Source of the DNA: an uncultured Christensenellaceae bacterium
Lineage (GTDB): Bacteria; Bacillota; Clostridia; Christensenellales; CAG-314
Assembly: GCA_910585195.1 (NCBI GenBank)
Contig: CAJUCX010000003.1
Coordinates: forward strand, 1,828 to 65,827
DNA length: 64,000 bases
Direction of reading: 5' to 3'
Shown: one piece after another, positions 37,986 through 48,675 of the stretch
Layout of the letters: each line of letters starts with the position of its first letter
Position numbering within the stretch: the first letter of the stretch is position 1
Translations under genes and position numbers: made by a program
The notes under the pieces: generated by a model
Seen by the model: only the letters and a program-made list of their open reading frames with translations
Told to the model about the DNA's origin: nothing
Databases searched by the model: none

Positions 37986-38783
37986 TTAAAATATTTGCGA
38001 CATCAGCCAGTTTGCTATCCAGTTGTTTTCAAACAGAAACTTTGTAACTACCGACTGGTCGATTTGTGCGCGCAACCCTGACAAAAAGCCTTCGATAGGA
38101 ATGTACGCAACGGCGGTAAGAATAATCGATATTATCAAATACGCTTCCGCAACACCGAGCAAAAATCCTAACACGCGGTTAATTCCGCCGAATAACTTAA
38201 AGGACGTAAGTCTTATCAACACTCTGCGCAGAATAAATATAACTATTGACAAAACGATTATCAAGAATACAAAGGCAACAACGGTCATTGCAAGAGATGC
38301 TATTGCATTAGGCAAAACTTCCGCAAGAACAGCCTCCCCAAAACTTTCAAACATTCCGTTGAAAATGCCGGTTGCCATAAGCAGGCTTGCAAACGTTGAC
38401 GGTATGCCGATTCTCTCCAACACAATCTGAATAAGTCCGTGATTGTCGGGGTTTGCCCAATCGATAGAGGTGGTGAAAATTTGAATAGCCTGACCGTCGT
38501 CAAGCCCTGCAATAGAGTTGGCGATAGGGTCGCTTACTATATGTCCAAACGGACCTACCAGTAGGGAACCGACAGGCCTTGCAAGCAACACAGCTCCGAC
38601 AATTACAATCAACGTGCCGAACAAACTGAAAAATAATTTTGTAAAGCCTTTTGCCATACCTATTACACCTAAAATCAATATAAAGGCAATTACGACGAGG
38701 TCTATCGTAGCAAGACCTGAGCCTTCGGCAAAAAACATTCCGTTAAAATACGTCATCGATACTCCTAAAAAATGAACACTCAT
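37986..38783 (-). CDS. cvpA: CvpA family membrane protein
   Basis: 265 aa, 4-5 TM helices, with the N-terminal DLVVIAFILILGVIGMAKGF pattern of CvpA. Its ATG overlaps the parB stop (ATGA). Confidence 0.8.
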   Translation of the reverse strand: MSVHFLGVSMTYFNGMFFAEGSGLATIDLVVIAFILILGVIGMAKGFTKLFFSLFGTLIVIVGAVLLARPVGSLLVGPFGHIVSDPIANSIAGLDDGQAIQIFTTSIDWANPDNHGLIQIVLERIGIPSTFASLLMATGIFNGMFESFGEAVLAEVLPNAIASLAMTVVAFVFLIIVLSIVIFILRRVLIRLTSFKLFGGINRVLGFLLGVAEAYLIISIILTAVAYIPIEGFLSGLRAQIDQSVVTKFLFENNWIANWLMSQIF

Positions 38784-39703
38784 TCATTTTTATTATCGTT
38801 ATTGTTAAATCTCAAATCCTCAATCATAGCGCAAATTCTGTCAAGGTCATCTTTTGTGTAATAGTCTATATAAAGTCTTCCCTTGTTGTCATTTCCTATG
38901 GCGGTAACTTTAGTTGCAAAAACACGCTGCATATTAGAAACTAGTTCTTTAAGTTCTATACTTTGTTCTACGCGAGGTTTAACAGGCTTAGGGTTGAGAT
39001 ATTCTCTTACCATTTTTTCCGTATCGCGCACAGACATATTGCAAGCGCGTTGGGCAAGTTTTACCTGCGCGTCCAAATCCGTAACTACGACAAGCGTTCT
39101 TGCGTGTCCTGCCGAAAGTCTGTTTTTTTCTACCAAATCGAGCACTTGCTCGTCAAGGGTAAGAAGACGCAAAGTGTTGGCTATTGCGGAACGGCTTTTA
39201 CCCAGTCTGTCGGCAACGGATTCCTGCGTCATATTGCATTCTTCCATCAGCTGCTTTATTGCGCGGGCAGTTTCTACCGGGTTGAGGTCTTCACGCTGCA
39301 AGTTTTCTATCAAAGAAACTTCTTTTATCTGTTGCGGCGTATATTTTTTGACGATTGCCGGCACAGCTTTAAGCCCTGCGATTTTTGCGGCGCGCCATCT
39401 GCGTTCGCCGGCAATTATCATATAACGCGAGCCCATTTTAACCAAAACTATCGGTTGAATTATTCCATGTGTTTTAATGCTGTCGGCAAGTTCTTTTAAC
39501 GACTGTTGGTCAAAGTTTTTACGCGGCTGCTCATAGTTAGGGTCGATTTCTCCGATTTCGATTTCGCTAACTTCACCGGTGGCTATTTGCTTTTTAAGCT
39601 CTTTTTTTCTTTCGTCAATTAAAATGCTTTGCTTTTTGTCGGTTTTATTTTCTCCTAAAAGCGAATCAAACGATTTTCCCAATCCTTTTTTTGCTGCTGC
39701 CAT
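38780..39703 (-). CDS. parB: Chromosome partitioning protein ParB/Spo0J
   Basis: 307 aa. IIQPIVL, GERRWRAAK box and an HTH region. Confidence 0.93.
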   Translation of the reverse strand: MAAAKKGLGKSFDSLLGENKTDKKQSILIDERKKELKKQIATGEVSEIEIGEIDPNYEQPRKNFDQQSLKELADSIKTHGIIQPIVLVKMGSRYMIIAGERRWRAAKIAGLKAVPAIVKKYTPQQIKEVSLIENLQREDLNPVETARAIKQLMEECNMTQESVADRLGKSRSAIANTLRLLTLDEQVLDLVEKNRLSAGHARTLVVVTDLDAQVKLAQRACNMSVRDTEKMVREYLNPKPVKPRVEQSIELKELVSNMQRVFATKVTAIGNDNKGRLYIDYYTKDDLDRICAMIEDLRFNNNDNKNE

Positions 39704-39704
39704 A

Positions 39705-40469
39705 TTAACCCAATCTCCTTAAAAGTTCTTCCGCAACTTTTTCGTATGCGATGCCTCCGCGTGACTTCGGTGCGTGCTGCGAAATCGGCACGCCGAAACT
39801 AGGGCTTTCGCAAAGTTTGACGTTTCGCGGAATTTGCTCGTCAAACACCTTGTCGCCGAAATATTTTTTGATTTCTTCGGTAACTTGTTTTGACAGAGTA
39901 GGACGGCTATCGTACATCGTCAAAATTACGCCGTATATACTTATTTTAGGGTTTACGCGCTCTTTAACGAGTTTAATGGTGTTCATTAACTGACTTAAAC
40001 CTTCCAAGGCAAAAAACTCGCTTTGCAGCGGAACGATAACTCCGTCGCAAGCACCCAAAGCGTTCAAAGTAAGTATGCCCAAAGACGGCGGACAGTCAAT
40101 CATTACGTAGTCGTAACGAGAAACTTTGCCGCGAAGCGCTTTTGCAAGAACGCGCGTTCTGTTCGGAACGTCTGCAAGTTCTATCTCCAAATTGGCCAAG
40201 TCTATATTGCACGGCAGGATATCGAGACCGGGATAGCCGGTTGTCAATGCAACATCCTTAAACTCTGCATTGCCGAGCATAAGGTCATAAAGAGTATAGT
40301 CAAGTTCGTTCTTTTCAAAACCGTAACCGCTCGTCAGATTGCCCTGGGGGTCTATGTCTACCATCAGCACTTTTTTGCCTGCGCGTGCTACGTAATCTGC
40401 AACGTTCAAAACAGTTGTAGTCTTACCAACACCGCCTTTCTGATTTGAAAACGCTATAATTTTACCCAT
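39705..40469 (-). CDS. parA: Chromosome partitioning ATPase ParA/Soj
   Basis: 254 aa. Deviant Walker A, NQKGGVGKTT. Confidence 0.93.
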   Translation of the reverse strand: MGKIIAFSNQKGGVGKTTTVLNVADYVARAGKKVLMVDIDPQGNLTSGYGFEKNELDYTLYDLMLGNAEFKDVALTTGYPGLDILPCNIDLANLEIELADVPNRTRVLAKALRGKVSRYDYVMIDCPPSLGILTLNALGACDGVIVPLQSEFFALEGLSQLMNTIKLVKERVNPKISIYGVILTMYDSRPTLSKQVTEEIKKYFGDKVFDEQIPRNVKLCESPSFGVPISQHAPKSRGGIAYEKVAEELLRRLG

Positions 40470-40594
40470 TTTTTCTCCTTAAAAAACTTATACAGATATA
40501 GTATAGCAAATAAATTTTCAAAACTCAATATTTTTCGGCAAATCTTTGCACTTTAAGCAAATTTTCGCCGTTTGATTTTCTTCATTTGAAATAC

Positions 40595-41266
40595 TTAAAG
40601 AGGCAAGGAGCGTTCTTTGCCTTTTCCGCGCGGATATTTTGCAGGTGTTGCGGAAATTTTTTTGATGACCACAATGCTTCTGCCGTCTCCGTTTGATAAA
40701 TTGAATTTCTTTATATCTTCAATTTTTCCGCCAAGTAATTTAATTGCATTTTTACTTTCCGCCGTTTCTTCGTCTGCAATAGACTTGTATGCCAAAAACA
40801 CGCCGCCCACCTTTACAAGCGGCAGACAATATTCGCAAAGCGTGTTTAGTCTTGCTACGGCGCGGGCGGTTACGACGTCGAAACTTTCGCGCAATTCATT
40901 TCTGCCTGCGTCTTCCGCACGCATATGTATGCATTTTGCGTTTAAGTTTAATTCCTCCGACACTGTTTGCAAAAAGTTTATGCGTTTGTTAAGACTGTCC
41001 AACAGCGTTGCGCAAACGTCGTTTCTTACAATGCTTAGAGGCACGCCCGGAAAACCCGCACCGCTGCCAACATCGCAAAGACTCGCGTTTTGAGGTATTA
41101 AGTCGGCGCCGTATATACTGTCTTCAAAGTGCTTTACAAACACTTCGCCGTAATTTGTAATTGCAGTGAGATTTATTTTTTCGTTCCACTCTGCAAGTAA
41201 TTTATAATATGCGTCAAACTTCTCTTTATTTCGTTCTATCAAGTTAAGCGCGGTTTGTATATCCAT
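40595..41266 (-). CDS. rsmG: 16S rRNA (guanine527-N7)-methyltransferase
   Basis: 223 aa. DVGSGAGFPG SAM motif. Conserved position next to mnmG. Confidence 0.9.
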   Translation of the reverse strand: MDIQTALNLIERNKEKFDAYYKLLAEWNEKINLTAITNYGEVFVKHFEDSIYGADLIPQNASLCDVGSGAGFPGVPLSIVRNDVCATLLDSLNKRINFLQTVSEELNLNAKCIHMRAEDAGRNELRESFDVVTARAVARLNTLCEYCLPLVKVGGVFLAYKSIADEETAESKNAIKLLGGKIEDIKKFNLSNGDGRSIVVIKKISATPAKYPRGKGKERSLPL

Positions 41267-43186
41267 TTATTTTTCCTTTTTCTGCTGTGCCAACCAAACG
41301 ATAAGCACCGTTACGTCGGCAGGCGATACGCCTGAAATTCTCGACGCCTGTCCGAGATTTTGCGGCTTGATTTTATTTAACTTCTGTCTTGCTTCGATAC
41401 GCAATCCGCCTATATTATTATAATCAACGTCGGGCGGTAACTTGCGTTGTTCCATCTTATTAAATTGCTCTATTTGTTCTTTTTCTTTTTGTATATAGCC
41501 TTCGTACTTGACGTCGGTTTCAGCCTGTTCCAACGCCTGTTTGGAAAACTCTGTAAGTATGCCGAAGTATTTTTGCAAATCGAAGATATTTACGTTGTGT
41601 CTGCGCAGCATATCTTTGTAAGACAACGCATTGTTAGGTATCACTTCGCCTTTGTCGCGAAAAAGTTTTTCAAATTCTTTTGGTTTGCAAATGGTGGAAA
41701 GTATTTCGTTTATTTCTTCTATCTCTTTTTTCTTTTTAAGATAAATTTCATAACGATTGTCGTCAACCAAACCGACTTTTCTGCCGATTTCAGTCAGTCT
41801 TGTGTCCGCATTGTCTTGACGCAGCAACAAGCGATATTCCGCACGGCTGGTCATCATACGGTACGGCTCGTTTGTGCCTTTTGTGGTAAGATCGTCAATC
41901 AATACGCCTATATACGAGTTGGAACGCTCCAACACGACCATTTCTTTTTTGTCTAAATAAAGCGACGCGTTTATTCCCGCGACAAGACCTTGTCCCGCCG
42001 CTTCTTCATAACCGCTGGTGCCGTTTATCTGTCCCGCGCAAAACAATCCGTCAAGGTTTTTGTACATAAGCGTAGGGTAAAGCTGCGTCGGGTCTATGCA
42101 GTCGTATTCTATGGCGTAGGCGTCGCGCATAATTTCTACCCTTTCAAGCCCAGGGATTGATTTATAAATCTTGTATTGAATTTCCGCCGGCATAGAAGAA
42201 CTCATACCCTGTACGTAAATTTCGTCGGTGTCTAAGCCTTCGCGCTCTAAAAATATCTGGTGCCTGTCTTTGTCGGCAAAACGCGTAACTTTGTCTTCTA
42301 TCGAAGGGCAATATCTCGGACCCGTGCCTTTTATACTTCCGGAAAATAACGGGGCGCGGTCTATATTGCTGCGTATTACGTCGTGCGTTTCCTGTACGGT
42401 ATAAGTCAAATGACAGTCGTATTGATTTTCGTTGACGCTTTTGTGCACGTAAGAAAACGGCGCCATATCTTTATCGCCGGGTTGCGGCGTCATTTTATCG
42501 AAGTCCACGCTGCGGGCGTGTATTCTGGCAGGAGTGCCCGTCTTAAATCGGCGCACTTCAAAGCCCATTTCCACAAGACTGTCGGTCAAATGCTTTGCAT
42601 TTGAAAATCCGTTTGGACCGACGTCGTTTGTCCATTCTCCTACAATTATGCGCGAGTTTAAGTATACGCCCGTTGCCAAAATTACCGCATTTGCAAAATA
42701 CTCCAAACCTTGTGCCGTTTTTACGCCAAGCACTTGTTTGTCGTTGTGCAACACTTCTGCCGCTTCCGCCTGACGCAAATATAAATTTGCCGTGCCTTCC
42801 AAAGTTTTTTTCATTTGAGAGTGGTATTTATATTTGTCTACCTGCGCGCGCGGACAATGCACCGCGGGGCCTTTGCCGCGGTTTAACATACGCAACTGAA
42901 TAAGCGTTTTGTCTGTGTTGATGCCCATTTCTCCGCCGAGCGCGTCTATTTCTTTTACTATGTTGCCTTTTGCGGTGCCGCCTACGGACGGGTTGCACGC
43001 CAAGTAGCCTACGGTATCGAGATTGGTTGCCAACACAAGCGTTTTTTTGCCGAGTCTTGCGCTTGCCAAACCCGCTTCGCAACCGGCGTGTCCTGCGCCT
43101 ACGACAATTACGTCATATATAAAATTTTTGTCGTTTGTTTCTTCTTTTTTCATCATTGTCATTTTATATCGTTTATTATTGTGCAT
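41267..43186 (-). CDS. mnmG: tRNA uridine 5-carboxymethylaminomethyl modification enzyme MnmG (GidA)
   Basis: YDVIVVGAGHAGCEA FAD motif and full-length collinearity. The exact start is uncertain among the ATGs at 43186, 43162 and 43153. Confidence 0.95.
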   Translation of the reverse strand: MHNNKRYKMTMMKKEETNDKNFIYDVIVVGAGHAGCEAGLASARLGKKTLVLATNLDTVGYLACNPSVGGTAKGNIVKEIDALGGEMGINTDKTLIQLRMLNRGKGPAVHCPRAQVDKYKYHSQMKKTLEGTANLYLRQAEAAEVLHNDKQVLGVKTAQGLEYFANAVILATGVYLNSRIIVGEWTNDVGPNGFSNAKHLTDSLVEMGFEVRRFKTGTPARIHARSVDFDKMTPQPGDKDMAPFSYVHKSVNENQYDCHLTYTVQETHDVIRSNIDRAPLFSGSIKGTGPRYCPSIEDKVTRFADKDRHQIFLEREGLDTDEIYVQGMSSSMPAEIQYKIYKSIPGLERVEIMRDAYAIEYDCIDPTQLYPTLMYKNLDGLFCAGQINGTSGYEEAAGQGLVAGINASLYLDKKEMVVLERSNSYIGVLIDDLTTKGTNEPYRMMTSRAEYRLLLRQDNADTRLTEIGRKVGLVDDNRYEIYLKKKKEIEEINEILSTICKPKEFEKLFRDKGEVIPNNALSYKDMLRRHNVNIFDLQKYFGILTEFSKQALEQAETDVKYEGYIQKEKEQIEQFNKMEQRKLPPDVDYNNIGGLRIEARQKLNKIKPQNLGQASRISGVSPADVTVLIVWLAQQKKEK

Positions 43187-43278
43187 TATCCTTTTATAAA
43201 AATTTTTATAGAGTTTTCAAAAAATCTGAACTCCTGCGTCTTCGATTTGTTTAACTTGTAAGGCTGTGAGGGAAAAAC

Positions 43279-44616
43279 CTACTTTCCTACACAAAACTTT
43301 TCAAAAATTCTGTTTACTATGTCTTCGCTTGCGGTGGTGCCTGTTATTTCGCCCAATGCCTGCCAACTTTCTCTTATTTGCAACGATATGCAATCCAAGG
43401 TGTTGTCTTTGTCGTCAAGCGCGGCAGTCAGACTTTGCGACGCTCTGCTTAAACAGTCTATATGTCTTGCGTTGGTTATCAGCACGTCGTTGTTGGATAC
43501 GTTGTCTGCCTTTATCTTGTCGTAAATCGCTTGCTTCAAATTTTCTACGTTTTCGCCTGTTTTTGCACTTACGCTTATGCCGTCTTTTTGATTGTGTTTT
43601 ACCAAATCGGCTTTGTTGTAAATAGATACGGTTTTTGGGTTGTTTTTAATTTCTTCGTATTCTTTGGGAATACTTCCGCCGTCAAACACCAACAAAATTA
43701 CGTCCGCGCGTTCCGCCGCTTGAAGAGTGCGTTCTATGCCGATGTTTTCCACGACGTCGTCGGTTTTACGCAAACCCGCCGTGTCAATAAAATTAAACTT
43801 TACGTCGTTATATACATAACTTTCCGACAGAGTATCGCGCGTTGTTCCTTCTATGTCGGTTACTATGGCTCTGTCATATCCTACAAGCGCGTTAAGCAAA
43901 GAGGACTTGCCTACGTTGGTTTTGCCTACGATAGCAATATCCACGCCGTTTTTAATTATTCTGCCTTTAGATGCGGTGTCTGATAGGGCGGTTATTTCTT
44001 TCAAAACCTTATTTATCGTTTGAAATACTTTGTCTTTGGTTATATATTCCAAATCTTCTTCTGGATAGTCAAGCGCAACTTCTATCTGCGCAAGCAGGTC
44101 GGTAAGACTGTCCTGCAAGTTGTTTATTTTGTCGTCGAGTCTGCCCGTCAACATTTTGTAACCGTTTTCCACTGCGGAAATGCTTTCCGCATCTATTACG
44201 TCCATTATGCCTTCAACGCCTGCGAGATTCATTTTTCCGTTTAAGTAGGCGCGTTTTGTAAACTCGCCTCGTTCCGCCAGACGGCAGCCGTTTTGTATGC
44301 AGCTTTTAAGCACTCCGTCCGCTACGGAAAAACCTCCGTGCACCTGAAACTCTACCATATCTTCGCCTGTGTAAGATTTGGGCGCAACAAAATAAACGCA
44401 CATTGCTTGGTCGCTGAAATGCTTTGCGTCAAGTTTGCCGAGTTTAAGCATACCCGCCTCTGCAGGGAACGGCTTAAACATCGTTTTTGCAATATCTATT
44501 ACTCCGCAGCCGGACATACGCACGACGGAAATCGCGCCGCGGCCTATAGGCGTGCTTATTGCAACTATTTTATTTTCTCCCGTAGATATTTCAGAGTGTT
44601 TTTCAAATTCTTTCAT
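43279..44616 (-). CDS. mnmE: tRNA modification GTPase MnmE (TrmE)
   Basis: 445 aa. GKTNVGKSSLLNAL G1 motif, DTAG, and a C-terminal CVGK. Confidence 0.95.
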   Translation of the reverse strand: MKEFEKHSEISTGENKIVAISTPIGRGAISVVRMSGCGVIDIAKTMFKPFPAEAGMLKLGKLDAKHFSDQAMCVYFVAPKSYTGEDMVEFQVHGGFSVADGVLKSCIQNGCRLAERGEFTKRAYLNGKMNLAGVEGIMDVIDAESISAVENGYKMLTGRLDDKINNLQDSLTDLLAQIEVALDYPEEDLEYITKDKVFQTINKVLKEITALSDTASKGRIIKNGVDIAIVGKTNVGKSSLLNALVGYDRAIVTDIEGTTRDTLSESYVYNDVKFNFIDTAGLRKTDDVVENIGIERTLQAAERADVILLVFDGGSIPKEYEEIKNNPKTVSIYNKADLVKHNQKDGISVSAKTGENVENLKQAIYDKIKADNVSNNDVLITNARHIDCLSRASQSLTAALDDKDNTLDCISLQIRESWQALGEITGTTASEDIVNRIFEKFCVGK

Positions 44617-44786
44617 AGTTTTACCAAAATTTTTATTAACTTTTATTTATAAAACAGTTGATTTAATCATAAATTTCTTATTATTAAATTACAACTTTTT
44701 TAAGTTGTTGTAAACTATTAGGTTTATCTCGCTTTGAATGAATTACTCTTTCGCCTATTTCTAATAGGCACAAAAAAAGAAGGTTT

Positions 44787-45461
44787 TCACCTTCTCTTTT
44801 TATCGGAACGATAAACAAACGTATGCATTTTTTTTCTTTCAGGCTTTTTTGCCGAAGGTGTATAATTTTTAGGTGTAATTACTACAAATCTGTTTGGCGA
44901 CGTACCTTCCGACGAAGTCGTTACGTTTTCGCTGTCCTGCAAAGCCGAGTGAATTATCCGTCTTTCAAAAGAGTTCATCGGCTCTAACTTAACGGGTCTG
45001 TTGGTACGCATTGCCTTAGATTCCAAATTTTTTGCAAGGGTTTGAAGTTTGTCTATTCTCTTGTTTCTGTAACCTTCCGTATCGAGCACGACGCGTTTAT
45101 ATTTGTCTTTGCCTTTGTTTGCCACAAGAGAAGTAAGGTATTGCAAAGAGTCAAGCACTTCGCCGCGGTGTCCTATTACGCAGCCGCTTTCGGTGCCTAT
45201 AAGTTCCAACTTTGCTTCCGCCTCGTCTTCTTCGAGCTCTACCACAAAAGTAAGTCCCATTTTGTTTAGCAGTTCTTCCAAAAACTTGACTGCCGCCTCG
45301 CCTTCGGTTTGTTTTTTGGTTACTCTTACCTTTGCCTGCTTTATTATTCCGCCTTCGCTCAAAACTTCTATTTTTGCTTGTTCGCGCGCTATACCAAGAC
45401 GGGCAAGCGCCTTTTCAACGGCAACATCTACGTTTTTGCCGCTTTCTTCAACCTGTCTCAT
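44787..45461 (-). CDS. jag: RNA-binding protein Jag/KhpB (KH plus R3H)
   Basis: 224 aa. The R3H region includes ERRIIHSAL. Conserved position after yidC. Confidence 0.9.
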   Translation of the reverse strand: MRQVEESGKNVDVAVEKALARLGIAREQAKIEVLSEGGIIKQAKVRVTKKQTEGEAAVKFLEELLNKMGLTFVVELEEDEAEAKLELIGTESGCVIGHRGEVLDSLQYLTSLVANKGKDKYKRVVLDTEGYRNKRIDKLQTLAKNLESKAMRTNRPVKLEPMNSFERRIIHSALQDSENVTTSSEGTSPNRFVVITPKNYTPSAKKPERKKMHTFVYRSDKKRR

Positions 45462-45462
45462 T

Positions 45463-46641
45463 TTATCTCCTGTAAGACGCTTTGTTTACTATATTAACGT
45501 CTTTTTTGCTGTACATTTTGTTGATAATAGGGGTAAGTGCCAACGATATTATAATTGTCAACAGCGAGTTGCATACAAAATATACGCCGAGCGCTGCGGT
45601 ATACATCAATACAAATACTACCATAATAAGCGGCATCATAATAGACATCATCTTTCCGCCGCCTTGCATTGACGGGTCCATAGTAGCCTGCGTCGTCTTT
45701 TGTGAAATCTTCATAGAAAGGAATGACAGCAACGCCGACAATATCGGCAAAATCAATAGACCGTTCCACGCTTCTCCGGCGTAACCTCCGGAAAGTTCTC
45801 CTTTGGCAACCGCGTCGTAAATAATTTGATATTCTCCGCTGTCTACTTTTACTTTATCTGCTTCCGAAATACCGGCAACACCTATTGTACCGTTTATAAA
45901 ATCGTTGTAAGAAGGTATTACGCTTTCCCACGTGTCAGGTCTCCAAATATTTTTTATCCAAAGGAAGCTCTCTCTGTTTTCGTATGCAAATTCGTCGACG
46001 TAAGGTTTTGCGCCTTCCAAAATAGCGTTATATTTTTCGTCGGAAATTTCGCCTGTTTTTACGCCTTCTATAATTTGGTTTTTGAATGCCGACAGAGCGG
46101 TTTCGTTTTCTTCCGTCCAAGTGCCGGATTTATATTTACCGTCAAGAGCAAACCTCAAATTTTCAGGTACTTCGATGCCGTTTTCATCGGCGGAAACTAT
46201 TATCGCATAGTGATAACTGTTTACCAACTCGTTATATTGTTGTACGTTTGCGTGTGTTGTGTAACTTGTAAGACCGGAAAACATAATTACGAATATAACA
46301 AGCGTTACAATCATAGGCAAGCAGCTTGAAAACATAGAATAACCGAATTTTTTCATCAGTTTTTGTTTTTCCGCCTGCGCGCCTTTTTTATTTTCACCGT
46401 ATGCTTTGTCTATCTTTGCAAGCATAGGCTTCATTTGTTCCATTTTTTTTGCATTTTTCTTTGCGGAACATCTTTGCCAAAAGTCCAAAGGTAAGGTTAT
46501 TACTTTAAGAATAACGGTAAACAAAACTACCGTCCAACCGTAATTGCCTATTGCACCGTACAGACCTTCGACTATTTTACCTACCCAGTTTAAGTCGGGT
46601 ACGGCAATGCCGCTTGCCAAAAATGAGGTCATAATACCCAT
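45463..46641 (-). CDS. yidC: Membrane protein insertase YidC/SpoIIIJ family, long form
   Basis: 392 aa. YidC core helices (WTVVLFTVILKVITLPL, ..MMPLIMVVFVLMYTAALGVYF) with a ~150-aa soluble insertion. Confidence 0.85.
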   Translation of the reverse strand: MGIMTSFLASGIAVPDLNWVGKIVEGLYGAIGNYGWTVVLFTVILKVITLPLDFWQRCSAKKNAKKMEQMKPMLAKIDKAYGENKKGAQAEKQKLMKKFGYSMFSSCLPMIVTLVIFVIMFSGLTSYTTHANVQQYNELVNSYHYAIIVSADENGIEVPENLRFALDGKYKSGTWTEENETALSAFKNQIIEGVKTGEISDEKYNAILEGAKPYVDEFAYENRESFLWIKNIWRPDTWESVIPSYNDFINGTIGVAGISEADKVKVDSGEYQIIYDAVAKGELSGGYAGEAWNGLLILPILSALLSFLSMKISQKTTQATMDPSMQGGGKMMSIMMPLIMVVFVLMYTAALGVYFVCNSLLTIIISLALTPIINKMYSKKDVNIVNKASYRR

Positions 46642-46871
46642 TTAATTTTTCCTCCAAACTTATACGGAACGGGGTCAAAACCGCCTTTCGACCACGGCCC
46701 GCATTTAAGAAGCCTTTTTGCGGTTAAATAACTGCCTTTGAAAAAACCGAAGCTTTTGTATGCTTCCATAGAATATACCGAACAAGTCGGATAAAAAATA
46801 CAGTTTTTTCCTATCAAAGGGGACAGCGTAATTTTATAAATTTTAAGCAAAAAAATACAAATCCAACGCAT
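46629..46871 (-). CDS. yidD: Membrane protein insertion efficiency factor YidD
   Basis: 80 aa. YK.TLSPL.G..C.F.PTCS.Y motif. Confidence 0.9.
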   Translation of the reverse strand: MRWICIFLLKIYKITLSPLIGKNCIFYPTCSVYSMEAYKSFGFFKGSYLTAKRLLKCGPWSKGGFDPVPYKFGGKIKWVL

Positions 46872-46872
46872 A

Positions 46873-47205
46873 TTAACCTTTGTTTATTTTTTCTATCAAA
46901 AAATCAGCCGACTTCTCCAACTGTGCAAAAGTCACTGGTTTTTCGAGTGTTCTCGGCAAAAATATATAATTATATTTTGTGTTAAGAAAATTGTAACGCT
47001 TGTTTATTATTTCTTTAAGTCTGCGTTTTACTTTATTTCGTTTTACCGCTTTGCCGTACTTCTTACTGACGGAAAAACCGATTTTAGGTTTGCCGTTTTT
47101 GTTATGGCAAAAAACTATCACTAAGTTTTTGTCGTTTACCGACTTGCCGTTTTTATAAACGTAATTAAATTGATAGTTTTTTCTTAACCTATATTGTTTT
47201 TCCAT
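46873..47205 (-). CDS. rnpA: Ribonuclease P protein component
   Basis: 110 aa, basic. KAVKRNKVKRRLKE is the RNR-like motif. Confidence 0.9.
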   Translation of the reverse strand: MEKQYRLRKNYQFNYVYKNGKSVNDKNLVIVFCHNKNGKPKIGFSVSKKYGKAVKRNKVKRRLKEIINKRYNFLNTKYNYIFLPRTLEKPVTFAQLEKSADFLIEKINKG

Positions 47206-47219
47206 TTTTACCTTTTTTA

Positions 47220-47354
47220 TTATGCGGAAAGGTTATGTCTGCCTTTTGCTCTTCTTCTTGCAATAACGTTTCTTCCGCCTTTGCTTCTCATTCTTTGTCT
47301 AAAACCGTGCACTTTGCTGCGTTGTCTTTTTTTAGGTTGATAAGTTCTTTTCAT
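47220..47354 (-). CDS. rpmH: 50S ribosomal protein L34
   Basis: Absent from the ORF track because it is under 60 aa. My translation is [51 protein letters not shown] ribosome-binding site. Confidence 0.92.
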   Translation of the reverse strand: MKRTYQPKKRQRSKVHGFRQRMRSKGGRNVIARRRAKGRHNLSA

Positions 47355-47494
47355 TTTTTTCCTCTCTTATTTTTGCAGGGAATTACCCAATATATTTTCA
47401 TTCTGTACTAGTATATATTAAATTTTATCTACTGTCAAGGAGATTAAAAATACACATATCTATGCCTTTTTTAATTTTAAGCATAAATTTATCT

Positions 47495-47532
47495 AAAAAA
47501 AGCAAGGTTGATATAAATTATCATTCCTTGCT
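47495..47532 (-). terminator. Terminator after dnaN
   Basis: AGCAAGG-18 nt-CCTTGCT with a T6 tail on the minus strand. Confidence 0.6.
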
Positions 47533-47571
47533 TTTATCGCTTCATAATATTTTTTTTATAATTTTAATTTT

Positions 47572-48675
47572 TTACACTATGCGTACCGGAAGTATGAGAT
47601 ACAAATATTCTTCTTTGTCGCAAGGGGTTATTACGCAAGGGTTTACCGGCGTGTTTAGGTTTATCTTTATAAACTCGTCGTCAACCGCCTTCATACAATC
47701 CAACAAATAACGGGAGTTAAAGGCAATGGTCATATCTTTGCCTACCAAATTTATTGCGATGCTTTCCTTCAAATTTGCGCCGTCGTCGCTGTTGGAAATT
47801 AAATTTACTACGTTTTCTTTAATATCGAGTTTTACGAGGTTGTTTTTTTCCAAACGGGAAAGTATGCTTGCTCTGTCGAGACTGTTTTTGAATTGGTCTT
47901 TATTTATAATTACGTTGGTATCGAAATCGGTAGGTATGATTTGCTTATAGTTTATGAAATCACCCGAAAGCAAGCGGGTCATTATCATAGTATGTTCCAA
48001 ATCTACCATAAGGAAGTTGTTTTCTACTTTAACATGTATTATATCGTCGCTGTCGTCCAAAAACTTGTTAAGTTCGTTAAGACTGCGCGCAGGTACTATT
48101 ACGCTCATCTTTTCCGCTTTTTGTTCCAAAGGTTTGTTTACCATAGCAAGACGGTAACCGTCAAGAGCAACCGCACTTATTTTGTAATCTTCCGCCTCAA
48201 ACAAACAACCTTTAAGCGTAGGCCTGCCTTCGTCCACAGAAACGGAAAATATGGTTTTTGTTATTAAATCTTTAAGTTCTTTGGAAAGTATAACAAAACC
48301 TTTTGCCGATTCTATCCTTTCGAGTTCCGGATATTCTTCCACAGGGAAGCATTTCTTTTCTACTTCGCCGTCGGTGTATTTTATTTTAAGTTTCTGACTG
48401 TCGTCCAAAGAAAGTTCTATTTGCTCGTTGGTAAGCATTTTTACAAGCTCGCCGAAAAATTTGCCCGGCACGACGGTTTCGCCTTCGACCAAAACTTCCG
48501 CATTTATTTTCTTTTCTATCGCAAGTTCCAAATCTGTGGCAAACAACGTAAGACAATCGTCTTTTGCCGTAAGTTTAATACCTTCCAAAATAGGAGAAAC
48601 GTTTTTGCTGTTTAAGGCTTTTGTTACTTTAATTACGGCGTCGCTGAGTTCTACGCCCTGACAGATAAGTTTCAT
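47572..48675 (-). CDS. dnaN: DNA polymerase III beta sliding clamp
   Basis: 367 aa, three-domain clamp. MKLICQ...L...V.K....K...PIL.GI.L start and a LILPVRI-type C-terminus. AAGGAG ribosome-binding site. Confidence 0.95.
   Translation of the reverse strand: MKLICQGVELSDAVIKVTKALNSKNVSPILEGIKLTAKDDCLTLFATDLELAIEKKINAEVLVEGETVVPGKFFGELVKMLTNEQIELSLDDSQKLKIKYTDGEVEKKCFPVEEYPELERIESAKGFVILSKELKDLITKTIFSVSVDEGRPTLKGCLFEAEDYKISAVALDGYRLAMVNKPLEQKAEKMSVIVPARSLNELNKFLDDSDDIIHVKVENNFLMVDLEHTMIMTRLLSGDFINYKQIIPTDFDTNVIINKDQFKNSLDRASILSRLEKNNLVKLDIKENVVNLISNSDDGANLKESIAINLVGKDMTIAFNSRYLLDCMKAVDDEFIKINLNTPVNPCVITPCDKEEYLYLILPVRIV

Noticed and set aside
47355-47571. A second DnaA-box cluster between rpmH and dnaN (the classical position upstream of dnaA in Bacillus-type bipartite origins)
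   Set aside because: The only candidates, TTATCTACT and AAATACACA, each have 2 mismatches. Most of the spacer is occupied by the dnaN terminator and the rpmH promoter.
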